Shown in pieces: positions 18,300 to 27,027 of a stretch of 29,955 bases of DNA. A program made the translations under genes and the position numbers. A model generated the notes under the pieces. That model was not told where the DNA came from and made no database searches. It saw only the letters and a program-made list of their open reading frames with translations. Position 1 is the stretch's first letter. Each line of letters begins with the position of its first letter. Source of the DNA: Candidatus Rokuibacteriota bacterium (GTDB lineage Bacteria > Methylomirabilota > Methylomirabilia > Rokubacteriales > CSP1-6); contig JACPCX010000135.1 in the NCBI GenBank assembly GCA_016184305.1, positions 1 to 29,955 on the forward strand, in the 5' to 3' direction.

Positions 18300-18379
18300 G
18301 GCGGGTAGAGTAGCGCGACTCGCGGCAGTTCGCACCCCGTCGCTGCCGCTCGCGCCCGAGCGGCCTCGGATCGGGCATT

Positions 18380-19183
18380 TTGAACACCGGCGAGATGGAG
18401 TTCGGCGTGGTGAACGCCGTGGACATGGCGCTGGCCTACCGCGGCCCGGGCTTCAAGATCGGCGGGCGCAACCCCTTCCCCCACGCCCCAGGCGCCCGCC
18501 TCGTCATGCGCGGCTCGCCATTCCTGGTCTCTCTCCTCGTCCGCAAGGACTCGCCCATCCGGAGCGTCCACGACGTCAAGGGCAAGCGGATGACGGGTGA
18601 GTACCCGGCCCACCTGGCGGTCTGGTACAACATGTTCGGCCACCTGTCCAGCGCGGGGCTCACCTGGAGCGACGTGAAGGTGGTGCCGGTCCCGGCCATC
18701 AACGAGGGGGTGGATGCCCTCGTGCAGGGCCGCGCCGACGTGACCGAGTACGCCCTCAACTCGGCCAAGGTCAAGGAGGCCGACGCGGCGGTCGGCGTCC
18801 GCCACGTCTCCATCGACTGCTCCCCGGAGGGCGAGCGGCGCCTCCGCGCGGCCGTGCCCGGCTACTACCCGCGCATGGTCAAGGCCGCGACGGCGACGGC
18901 CGTCATCGAGGATACCTGCGTCGTCGCCTACGACCTCTATGTGGCGACGGGCAAGGCCGTCCCCGACGCGCTGGTGGACAACGCCCTCCGGGCCGTCTGG
19001 GACGGGGTGGACAAGCTCCCTGCCATGCACCCGGTGTTCAAGGAGTTTTCGCGCGACCGCTTCGTGGACGTGGACACGACTCTCCCCTACCATCCCGCGG
19101 CCGTCCGCTTCTACAGGGAGCGCGGGGCCTGGACGCCGCAGATGGAGCAGGCGCAGCAGAAGCTCCTGTCGCTCAACTCCTAG
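18380..19183 (+). pseudogene. TAXI family solute-binding subunit, 5'-truncated
   Basis: Begins mid-domain (LNTGEMEFGVVN) with no signal peptide. LVRKDSPIRSVHDVKGKR and LPYHPAAVRFYRERG are TAXI motifs. Confidence 0.75.
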
Positions 19184-19186
19184 CCG

Positions 19187-21121
19187 TTGGCCGACGCCGG
19201 CTCGAAGTTCAGGGCACTGACGGGCGCGCCCCGCGCGGTGGAGCGGGCGCTGCTCTCCGGCGTGACGCTGCTCGGGGCGGTGTGGGCGCTCGAGGTCCAC
19301 CACTACCTCGCCTTCGCCTTCTTCAAGGAGCAATACCTCGGCCTCTTCCTCGGGGTGAGCCTCGCCGCGGTCTTCGTCGCGATGAAGGGGCGCGCAGGAG
19401 CGCGGGCGGACCGGGTGGCGCCCTACGATTGGCTGCTGGCCGCCGGCGGGCTCGCCGTGGGGCTCTACGTCACGCTCCGCTATCCCGTCATCGCCTACCA
19501 GCTCGGCATCCTCACCTGGGACAAGGTCGCGCTTGGCGCGCTGGCGATCCTGCTGGTGCTAGAGGCCACGCGCCGGCTCGTCGGCTGGGTCATGGTGATC
19601 CTGGCCGCCATCTTCATCCTCTACGCGAAACTCGCCTGGGCCGTGCCGGGGCTGCTCGGCGCCAAGGGCGCCTCCTGGGAGCGCATCGCCGTCTACCTGT
19701 ACCTGGACACGAACGGGCTCCTCGGCCTCCCGCTGGCGGTCACGGCCAGCATGGTGGTGGCCTTCATCTTCTTTGGCCAGGTCCTCTACGCCGTGGGCGG
19801 CGATCGCTTCCTCACGGATCTGGCCATGTCGCTCATGGGCCGCTACCGCGGCGGCCCGGCGAAGGTGTCGGTGGTGGCCTCCTGCCTCTTCGGCACCGTG
19901 TCGGGCAGCGCGGTCTCCAACGTCGTGGTGGACGGGCCCATCGCCATCCCGATGATGACGCGCACGGGCTACGCCCCCCACGTGGCGGCGGCCATCGAGG
20001 CCGTGGCCTCCACCGGCGGCCAGATCATGCCGCCCGTCATGGGAGTGGCGGCCTTCCTCATCGCCGAGTTCCTCGCCATTCCCTACTCCGAGGTGGCGCT
20101 GGCGGCGGTGATCCCGGCCCTCCTCTACTACCTCTCGCTCTTCGTCCAGGTGGACCTCGACGCCGCCAAGCACGGCCTCGTGGGGCTGCCCTCGCCCGAT
20201 CTCCCGCGGCTGCGCGACGTGCTGCGCCGCGGCTCGAGCTTCCTCATCCCGCTGGCCGTGCTCACCTACACGCTGATGATCGCCTCCTGGCAGGCGGGCA
20301 AGGCGGGGATGGCGGCCGTCATCGCCACGCTCGTGGTGGGGGCATTCCAGTGGCAGGACAGGCTGACGCCGGCGCGGCTCTGGCGGGCCATCGAGGAGAC
20401 CGGGCGGGTGCTGCTGGACATCGTCGCCATCACGGCCGTGGCCGGCTTCGTCATCGGCGTGCTGCAGCTCTCGGGGCTGGGCTTCAAGTTCTCGCTCGTC
20501 CTCGTCACGGTGGCGGGAGGCAGCGCGCTCGGGCTCCTCGCGCTGACGGCGGTGGTCTGCATCATCCTCGGCATGGGCATGCCCACGGCGATCGTCTACA
20601 TCATGCTGGCGGTGCTCGTGGGACCGGCAATGGTGCAGCTCGGCGTCGCGCCGCTGGGCGCCCACCTCTTCCTCTTCTACTTCGGCATGCTCTCGATGAT
20701 CACCCCGCCCGTGTGTCTGGCCACCTACGCCGCGGCCTCCATCGCGCGGGCGGACTTCATGAAGACCGGCTGGGCGGGGATGCGACTCGGCATCGTCGCC
20801 TACGTGGTGCCCTTCGTCTTCGTCTTCCACCCCGCGCTCCTGATGAAGGGCTCCGTCGTGGAGATCGTGATCGCCGCGGCCTCGGCCTGCGTCGGCGTGA
20901 TCCTCCTCGGCTTCGGCTGCGTGGGCTATCTCTTCCGGCCGCTCTCCTGGAGCCGCCGGGGCTGGGCGGCGCTGGCGGGGCTGCTCCTCATCCCGCCGCC
21001 GTCGAGCGGCGGCTGGCTCGCCGCCAACCTGGCCGGGCTGGCGCTCGGGTTGGCCCTGATCGTGTGGGAGCGAAACGGGTTGCGGCTGCACCGGGCCGCG
21101 CTGGCGGGCCGCGGGACGTGA
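19187..21121 (+). CDS. TRAP transporter fused permease (4TM/12TM)
   Basis: GGPAKVSVVAS, GTVSGSAVSNV, EAVASTGGQIMPPVMG, ILGMGMPT, ITPPV. Confidence 0.95.
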   Translation: MADAGSKFRALTGAPRAVERALLSGVTLLGAVWALEVHHYLAFAFFKEQYLGLFLGVSLAAVFVAMKGRAGARADRVAPYDWLLAAGGLAVGLYVTLRYPVIAYQLGILTWDKVALGALAILLVLEATRRLVGWVMVILAAIFILYAKLAWAVPGLLGAKGASWERIAVYLYLDTNGLLGLPLAVTASMVVAFIFFGQVLYAVGGDRFLTDLAMSLMGRYRGGPAKVSVVASCLFGTVSGSAVSNVVVDGPIAIPMMTRTGYAPHVAAAIEAVASTGGQIMPPVMGVAAFLIAEFLAIPYSEVALAAVIPALLYYLSLFVQVDLDAAKHGLVGLPSPDLPRLRDVLRRGSSFLIPLAVLTYTLMIASWQAGKAGMAAVIATLVVGAFQWQDRLTPARLWRAIEETGRVLLDIVAITAVAGFVIGVLQLSGLGFKFSLVLVTVAGGSALGLLALTAVVCIILGMGMPTAIVYIMLAVLVGPAMVQLGVAPLGAHLFLFYFGMLSMITPPVCLATYAAASIARADFMKTGWAGMRLGIVAYVVPFVFVFHPALLMKGSVVEIVIAAASACVGVILLGFGCVGYLFRPLSWSRRGWAALAGLLLIPPPSSGGWLAANLAGLALGLALIVWERNGLRLHRAALAGRGT

Positions 21122-21162
21122 TGGTCCTCTTCGTGATCTTCAACAACCGCGCCTGGAACTAG
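21121..21162 (+). pseudogene. 13-codon remnant resembling the end of a ThDP-binding motif
   Basis: The ATG overlaps the permease stop (TGATG). Reads MVLFVIFNNRAWN*. Confidence 0.35.
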
Positions 21163-21176
21163 GAGGGAGTCACCCC

Positions 21177-22532
21177 ATGGCACAGGACCTGAGAACCTAC
21201 CTCGACCTGATCAAACGCCGGAAGCCGGAGGACTTCCGGATCGTCTCGAAGGAGGTGGACCCGGCCCACGAGATCACGGCCATCGTGGCGAAGGCGGAGC
21301 GAGAGGCGCGGCAGCGGCCCGTGTTCCTCTTCGAGAAGGTCAAGGGCACGCGTTTTCCCGTCCTCACCAACTTGCACGCCAGTCGTGGGCGCCTGGCGGC
21401 GGCGATGGGCTGCGCGCCGGAAGACATGCTCAGGACGTATCTGCGGGCGATGGAGAGGCCGATTCCGCCGCGCGTGGTGCCCACGGGTCCAGTGAAGGAG
21501 GTTGTCCTCACGGGGGATCGGGTGAATCTCTACGACCTGCCCCAGATCGTCCACCACCAGGGCGACGCGGGGCCATACCTCACGGCCGCCATCTCCTTCG
21601 CCAGGGACCCGTCCGGCGAGACGTGGAACTGCGCCTACAACCGCCTGATGGTCAAGGGCCGCGACACCACCTCCATCCACCTCACCGCGGGCAAGCACCT
21701 CTGGGAGTTCTACCGGATCGCCGAGTCCCTGGGGAAGCCCTTGCCCGTGGCCTTCGCCGTGGGCGTCCATCCCGCCATCGCGCTCGGCGCCCTGGCCATC
21801 GGCTCCATCGACGAGGACGAGCGGGCCATCATGGGGGCGCTGCTCGGCGAGCCGCTCGAGCTGGTCCGCTGCGAGACCTCGGAGTTGCTGGTGCCGACGC
21901 AGGCGGAGCTGGTGATCGAGGCCGAGATCCTGCCGGCCGAGCGCATCCCGGAGGGGCCCTTCGGCGAGTTCACCGGCTACAGCCTGGGCGAGCGCCAGCG
22001 CGAGGTCGTCAAGGTCAAGGCCGTCACCCACCGGCGCGGCGCCCTGTTCCAGGACATCACGGTGGCGCATCTCGACCACATGCTCCTGTCCACCATCCCG
22101 ATGGAGGCGAACCTCTACCGGGCCGTGCGCGCCATGGTCCCGTCGGTGAAGGCCGTGCGGGTGCCGGGGCCCTTCACCTGCTACGTGTCCATCGAGCAGC
22201 GCCTGCCCGGCCAGGCCAAGAACGCGACCCTCTCCGTGCTCGGCGCCGATCTCTACATGAAGCGGGTGGTATTGGTGGATCACGACGTGGACGTCTTCGA
22301 CGACCGCCAGATGACCTGGGCCATCGCGACGCGCTGCCAGCCCGATCGCGACATCACCATCATCACCGCCGCGCGCGGCTCGGACCTCGACCCGTCCACC
22401 CGGGAGGACGAGTACACCGCGAAGTGGGGGGTGGACGCCACCGCCAAGCCGTCGCTGGCGGCGTACACGCCGCGCTTCCGCGTGCCGCCCGAGGTCTGGC
22501 AGCGCATCAACCTGAAGGACTACCTCCCCTGA
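21177..22532 (+). CDS. UbiD family prFMN-dependent (de)carboxylase
   Basis: DAGPYLTA, YNRL, EGPFGEFTGY, VDHDVDVFD, WAIATR, LDPS, KWGVDAT; RBS AGGAGGGAG. Confidence 0.95.
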   Translation: MAQDLRTYLDLIKRRKPEDFRIVSKEVDPAHEITAIVAKAEREARQRPVFLFEKVKGTRFPVLTNLHASRGRLAAAMGCAPEDMLRTYLRAMERPIPPRVVPTGPVKEVVLTGDRVNLYDLPQIVHHQGDAGPYLTAAISFARDPSGETWNCAYNRLMVKGRDTTSIHLTAGKHLWEFYRIAESLGKPLPVAFAVGVHPAIALGALAIGSIDEDERAIMGALLGEPLELVRCETSELLVPTQAELVIEAEILPAERIPEGPFGEFTGYSLGERQREVVKVKAVTHRRGALFQDITVAHLDHMLLSTIPMEANLYRAVRAMVPSVKAVRVPGPFTCYVSIEQRLPGQAKNATLSVLGADLYMKRVVLVDHDVDVFDDRQMTWAIATRCQPDRDITIITAARGSDLDPSTREDEYTAKWGVDATAKPSLAAYTPRFRVPPEVWQRINLKDYLP

Positions 22533-22539
22533 GTCGCCC

Positions 22540-23934
22540 GTGAGCGAGAACTTCGTCCCGCTGCTCGAGGCCGGCGCCCGGAGCGCGCCCGGCGCCCTCG
22601 CGCTCTCCTGGGACAGCGGCACGCTCACGTGGGCCGCCCTGGATCTCCGCGCCGGCGGTGTCGCCCGCGCTCTCTCCGCGCGCGGCGTCCGCGCAGGGGA
22701 GACGGTGGTCGTCTCCCTGCCCAATGGCTGGCCCTTCGCCGCTGCGCTCCGGGGGGCGCTGAAGCTCGGCGCCACGGTCACACCGCTGAACCCGCTCTTG
22801 ACGGGCGAGGAGCGCATGCGGATCGTGGAGGATCTCCGCCCCGCGGCGATCGTCGAGGAGACGGGAGCCGACGAGGCCGCCGTCGCGAGCGTGGAGGCGG
22901 CCCCGGCCCCGGCGCTGATCCTCTACACCTCGGGCAGCACGGGCGAGCCCAAGGGCGTCGTGCTCTCTCACGAGGCGCTGACCTTCGCCAACCGCTCCTG
23001 GATCGGCCCCGTCATGGGCCTCACCGCGGCGGATGTGGTGCTGGCGGCGCTGCCGCTGTCGCACTCCTTCGGCCTCAACGGCGCCCTCCTCGCTCCGCTC
23101 CTGGCCGGGGCCTCCGTCGTCCTCCTCGACCACTTCTCGCCGGAGGCCGCGCTCGGCGCCATCGCGCATCACCGCGTGACCGTGTTTCCCGGAGTGGCCG
23201 CCATGTTCCGGAGGATGCTCGATGCCCCGGCGATGGCGACCGCCGACCTCGGAAGCCTCCGCGCGGTGGTGTCGGGCGCGGCTCCGTGCCCGTGGGAGCT
23301 GGCGCGGGAGTGGCGGGAGCGAACCGGCGTCAGGATCATCCGCGGCTACGGATCGACGGAGCTGTTCCGCCCCATCTCTCATCTCGCCGGCGATCCCCGC
23401 GACGAGCCCGAGTCGGTGGGGCGGCCGGTGCCCGGCGTCGAGATCGCCGTGGTGGACGAGGCGGGCCGGGCGCTGCCGCGGGGCGAGGTCGGCGAGCTGT
23501 GGATCAGGACGCCCGCCGCCATGGAGGGCTATCTCCACCGGCCGGAGGAGACGCGGGCCGTCCTCGCCGATGGATGGTTCAGGACTGGCGATCTCGTCAC
23601 CGTCTCCCCCGACGGCCACGTGCGCATCGTGGGGCGCAAGCGCGAGCTGATCTTGAGAGGCGGCTACTCCGTGGTTCCGGCCGAGGTCGAGGCCATGCTC
23701 CTCGCCCACCCCGCCGTGGCCGAGGCCGCCGTCGTCGGCCTGCCGCACCCCGAGCTGGGCGAGGAGGTCGCGGCCTTCGTCACGCTGCGCCCGGGCGCCG
23801 CGAGCGAACCCGACGAGCTGATCGCCCACTGCAAGGCGCGCCTCGCCGGCTTCAAGTACCCGCGTCAGGTGCGGATCGTCGCGCGGCTCCCGAAGAGCGC
23901 CACGGGCAAGATCCTCAAGAGCCGGCTCAGGTGA
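22540..23934 (+). CDS. AMP-binding acyl-CoA synthetase/ligase
   Basis: YTSGSTGEPKG, GYGSTE, WFRTGD, GRKRELILRGG, LPKSATGKILK. Confidence 0.95.
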   Translation: MSENFVPLLEAGARSAPGALALSWDSGTLTWAALDLRAGGVARALSARGVRAGETVVVSLPNGWPFAAALRGALKLGATVTPLNPLLTGEERMRIVEDLRPAAIVEETGADEAAVASVEAAPAPALILYTSGSTGEPKGVVLSHEALTFANRSWIGPVMGLTAADVVLAALPLSHSFGLNGALLAPLLAGASVVLLDHFSPEAALGAIAHHRVTVFPGVAAMFRRMLDAPAMATADLGSLRAVVSGAAPCPWELAREWRERTGVRIIRGYGSTELFRPISHLAGDPRDEPESVGRPVPGVEIAVVDEAGRALPRGEVGELWIRTPAAMEGYLHRPEETRAVLADGWFRTGDLVTVSPDGHVRIVGRKRELILRGGYSVVPAEVEAMLLAHPAVAEAAVVGLPHPELGEEVAAFVTLRPGAASEPDELIAHCKARLAGFKYPRQVRIVARLPKSATGKILKSRLR

Positions 23935-24061
23935 AGATGCTCTCGGGCAGGAATGCCGGGACGATCCAGTTGGGCGCGTCCACGATCTCGCCGATCTTGA
24001 GACCCACGGCGACGCTCGAGATTCGGGATCGTGGGGTAGAATACGGCGCGGGCAACGCGAC

Positions 24062-24724
24062 ATGGCCTTCACCGACGAGTGCTGGCACGCCATCGCGAGG
24101 ATCTACGCCGACATCCTGCGCCACCCGTTCGTCACGGGGCTCACCGACGGGTCGCTCCCGCGCGAGAGCTTCCGGTTCTACGCGGTGCAGGACGCCCTCT
24201 ACCTGCGCGACTTCGCCCGGGCGCTCTCCCTCGCCGCCGCCCGGGCCCCGCGGGAGGACTGGATCATCATGTTCAACGAGCACGCCGCCGGCGCGCTCAA
24301 GGTGGAGCGCACGCTTCACGAGAGCTTCTTCCGCGACTTCGGGCTGAGCCCGGACGAGGTCGCCGCGACCCCGCTGGCGCCCACCAACCTCGCCTACACG
24401 AGCTATCTCCTGGCGGTGGCCCACGGCGGGCCCTTTCACGAGGCGCTGGCGGCGCTGCTGCCCTGCTACTGGATCTACTGGGAGGTGGGCCGGACGCTCG
24501 AGCAGCGGGGCTCGCCGGATCCGCTGTACACGCGATGGATCGGGACCTACGCCTCCGACGAGTTCGGCGGCGTGGTGCGCGCCGTCCTGGCGGCGGCCAA
24601 CGCGACGGCGGCGCGGCGCGCGCCCGCGGAGCGCGAGGCGATGCTGCGCCACTTCGTGACGACGAGCCGGTACGAGTGGATGTTCTGGGACATGGGCTCC
24701 CGGCGCGAGTCGTGGCCGGTGTAG
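24062..24724 (+). CDS. tenA: Thiaminase II / aminopyrimidine aminohydrolase (Cys-type)
   Basis: HPFV, QDALYL, LLPCYWIY (catalytic Cys), YTRWIGTY, YEWMFW. A TAGAAT -10 lies at 24037-24042. Confidence 0.93.
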   Translation: MAFTDECWHAIARIYADILRHPFVTGLTDGSLPRESFRFYAVQDALYLRDFARALSLAAARAPREDWIIMFNEHAAGALKVERTLHESFFRDFGLSPDEVAATPLAPTNLAYTSYLLAVAHGGPFHEALAALLPCYWIYWEVGRTLEQRGSPDPLYTRWIGTYASDEFGGVVRAVLAAANATAARRAPAEREAMLRHFVTTSRYEWMFWDMGSRRESWPV

Positions 24725-25494
24725 CCGCCAGGAGCGCGCCGGCCGCGCCGCGGGGCCGGGGGCTGCGCGCGGCGGGGCTCGCGGTGCCGCTCCTCGCTCT
24801 CCTGCTGGCCGCGGGCTGCGCGGCGCTGGAGCGCGCGGGCGGGGACTGGCGGGAGGCGCGGCGCGACGCCTCGGGGCAGGCGCCCGATGCCGCCGCGACG
24901 CGCGAGGCGGTGCTCCAGGTGTATGCCGCGCGCACGGTGGGCTGGCGCGGCGTCCTGGCCGTGCACACCTGGGTCGCGCTCAAGCCCAGCGCTGCCCCGT
25001 CCTACACGCGCTACGAGGTGATCGGCTGGGGCGTGGACCGGGGGCTCTCCGCCGTGCGCGTCAACCGCGCCGGGCCCGACAACCACTGGTTCGGCAGCCG
25101 GCCCGATCTCCTGGTGGACCTTCGCGGCGAGGGGGTGGACGCGCTGATCGCGCGCGTCGAGGCCGCCGTGGCCGCCTATCCGTATCCCGCCGAGTACCGG
25201 ACCTGGCCCGGACCGAACAGCAACACGTTCACGGCCCATATCGGCAGGGAAGTCCCCGAGCTCAAGCTCGACCTGCCGCCCACCGCCATCGGCAAGGACT
25301 ACCTCGCCAACGGTGTGCCCGTGGCGAGGAGCCCGGGCGGCGCCGGCGTCCAGCTCTCGCTCTGGGGGCTCGCCGGCCTCTTGATCGGCTGGGAGGAGGG
25401 GATCGAGGTGAATCTGCTCGGCTTCACCTTCGGCGTGGACGTGAAGGAGCCGGCCCTCAAGCTCCCGCTGGTGGGCCGGGTCGGCCACCCCTGA
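24712..25494 (+). CDS. DUF3750 domain-containing putative lipoprotein
   Basis: LLLAAGC lipobox; VYAARTVGWRG..AVHTW, YTRYEVIGWG, WPGPNSNTF, LPPTAIGKDY. The start codon is uncertain (GTG at 24712). Confidence 0.8.
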   Translation: MAGVAARSAPAAPRGRGLRAAGLAVPLLALLLAAGCAALERAGGDWREARRDASGQAPDAAATREAVLQVYAARTVGWRGVLAVHTWVALKPSAAPSYTRYEVIGWGVDRGLSAVRVNRAGPDNHWFGSRPDLLVDLRGEGVDALIARVEAAVAAYPYPAEYRTWPGPNSNTFTAHIGREVPELKLDLPPTAIGKDYLANGVPVARSPGGAGVQLSLWGLAGLLIGWEEGIEVNLLGFTFGVDVKEPALKLPLVGRVGHP

Positions 25495-25526
25495 GCCCGG
25501 CGCTCACGCGCGGGGCGGAGACAGCC

Positions 25527-25703
25527 ATGATCCTTCGCGACGATCGGAACGACCTCACCGTGCTCACGCTCGCTCACGGCAAGGCCCACGCCCTCGATCT
25601 CGACCTGCTGCGCGCGCTCGACACGGGCCGCACCTGGGCCGCGGCGCCGGCGCGCGAGGCGAACCAGCACTACGTCGAGCGCATGCTCCGCACGAGGCGC
25701 TGA
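25527..25703 (+). pseudogene. Enoyl-CoA hydratase/isomerase with a large in-frame internal deletion
   Basis: MILRDDRNDLTVLTLAHGKAHALDLDLLRALD (crotonase N-terminus) is fused directly to WAAAPAREANQHYVERMLRTRR* (C-terminal helix). 58 aa. Confidence 0.7.
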
Positions 25704-25706
25704 CCC

Positions 25707-26162
25707 GTGCGGCCGCCCCTCCGCCACTTCGAGGACTTCAGGCCGGGCGACGTGATCGAGCTCGGCAGCCGGACCATCACGAAGGAGGCCATCATCGCGT
25801 TCGCGAAGGAGTTCGACCCGCAGGTGTTCCACGTGGACGAGGAGGCCGCCAAGCAGACGATCTACGGGGGGCTCCTGGCCAGCGGCTGGCACACGGGCTC
25901 CCTCCTGATGCGGCTCCTGTACGATGGCCTCGTCGCGCGCACGGCGAGCCTCGGCTCCCCCGGCATCGACGAGCTGCGGTGGCTCAAGCCCGTTCGCCCC
26001 GGCGACACGCTCGCGGGACGCATGACCGTGATCGAGAGCATCCCCTCCCGGAGCAAGCCGGACCGGGGCATGGTCCGCTCGCTGATGGAGCTACGGAACC
26101 AGCACGGCGAGGTGGTGCTCACGGTAAAGGGGCTCAGCCTGGTGGGCCGCCGGCCGGCCTGA
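25707..26162 (+). CDS. MaoC family dehydratase
   Basis: [41 protein letters not shown]. Confidence 0.93.
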   Translation: MRPPLRHFEDFRPGDVIELGSRTITKEAIIAFAKEFDPQVFHVDEEAAKQTIYGGLLASGWHTGSLLMRLLYDGLVARTASLGSPGIDELRWLKPVRPGDTLAGRMTVIESIPSRSKPDRGMVRSLMELRNQHGEVVLTVKGLSLVGRRPA

Positions 26163-26189
26163 GCAGAAGGCGGTACCGCGGGATGCGCG

Positions 26190-26219
26190 TTGACCGGCCA
26201 CCGGCTCTTGCTGTAGATT
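26190..26219 (+). promoter_or_regulatory. sigma70-type promoter, probably leaderless
   Basis: TTGACC-18 nt-TAGATT, with the ATG 7 nt downstream and no RBS. Confidence 0.6.
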
Positions 26220-26226
26220 CTGTTCC

Positions 26227-26457
26227 ATGAAAAAGAAGAAAGCGGTCAAGGCAGTGAAGAAGGCGGCGAAGAAGGCGGTGGCAAAGCAGCCCGCGGCCAA
26301 GAAGGCGCCCGCCCCGAAGAAGGCGGCCCCGACGACGCCGAGCCCGGCAATCCAACCTTCGGGGTCCTCAAGAGGCGGCGGCGCCGAGCGGGCGACCTAC
26401 ACGCCCCCACCGGTCCAGGGCACCGGCTGGGCCCCCTTCAGGTACCCCCCCCAGTAG
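26227..26457 (+). CDS. Small Lys/Ala/Pro-rich (histone H1-like) protein
   Basis: MKKKKAVKAVKKAAKKAVAKQPAAKKAPAPKK...YTPPPVQGTGWAPFRYPPQ, with its own promoter. Confidence 0.75.
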   Translation: MKKKKAVKAVKKAAKKAVAKQPAAKKAPAPKKAAPTTPSPAIQPSGSSRGGGAERATYTPPPVQGTGWAPFRYPPQ

Positions 26458-26556
26458 GCGGTGCTTGCGCTCCCCCGGTACGCCAACGGCGGCCGGGGAG
26501 AGCGCGAGCCAGCAGGGCCCGGGCGGCCTCGCGCACGAGGCCTCGCCCTTCGGGCC

Positions 26557-26652
26557 CTGGCAGACCACGACTCCCGCGACGGCCAGCAACCCCCCCGCGA
26601 GCTGTAGCGGCTGGAGTCGGTCGTCCAGGATCAGCCAGGACAGGAGCAGCCC
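26557..26652 (-). pseudogene. EamA/DMT transporter C-terminal fragment
   Basis: GLLLSWLILDDRLQPLQLAGGLLAVAGVVVCQ. Confidence 0.6.
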
Positions 26653-26653
26653 T

Positions 26654-26704
26654 TGGCTTGCCCATGCCGCCGGGCCCGATGAACCGGATCGTATCTCTCA
26701 CCAT
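26654..26704 (-). pseudogene. beta-hydroxyacid dehydrogenase N-terminal stub
   Basis: RBS GGGAGGGA, then MVRDTIRFIGPGGMGKP (a decayed IGFIGLGxMGxP motif). Confidence 0.55.
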
Positions 26705-26721
26705 GATCCCTCCCTGAGCTG

Positions 26722-26931
26722 TCACTCGGTGGGCGCCCCCGCGGCCGTCAGCACGCGATGGGGATCCAGCAGGTCGCGGAGGCCGTCGCCGAAGAGATTG
26801 ATGCCGAGCGTGGTGACGAAGATCGCCGCCCCCGGGAAGGCCGCGAGCCACCAGTGGGTGAACATGTAGACGCACCCCTCGCCGAGCATGGCGCCCCAGG
26901 ACGGGATGGGCGGCTGGATCCCGAGCCCCAG
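26722..26931 (-). pseudogene. DppC/OppC peptide ABC permease C-terminal fragment
   Basis: LGLGIQPPIPSWGAMLGEG...WWLAAFPGAAIFVTTLGINLFGDGLRDLLDP. Confidence 0.85.
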
Positions 26932-26991
26932 AATGGGCAGTCATAGCACGGCCTCCCCGCCTTGGCCAGCAGTCCCGACCCGCGAAGCCCG

Positions 26992-27020
26992 TTGCCTCGC
27001 GGCGCCGGAAGCCCTATGGT
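26992..27020 (+). promoter_or_regulatory. sigma70-type promoter, probably leaderless
   Basis: TTGCCT-17 nt-TATGGT, with the ATG at 27028 7 nt downstream. Confidence 0.6.
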
Positions 27021-27027
27021 AACGGGC

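Noticed and set aside
23927..24020. Possible further gene remnant on the minus strand (VAVGLKIGEIVDAPNWIVPAFLPESIFT)
   Set aside because: Codon bias looks coding, but I cannot assign a family or strand, so it is too weak to call.
23935..24061. Possible TPP riboswitch upstream of tenA
   Set aside because: The conserved CTGAGA...ACCTGA core is not present. Only a TAGAAT -10 box is visible.
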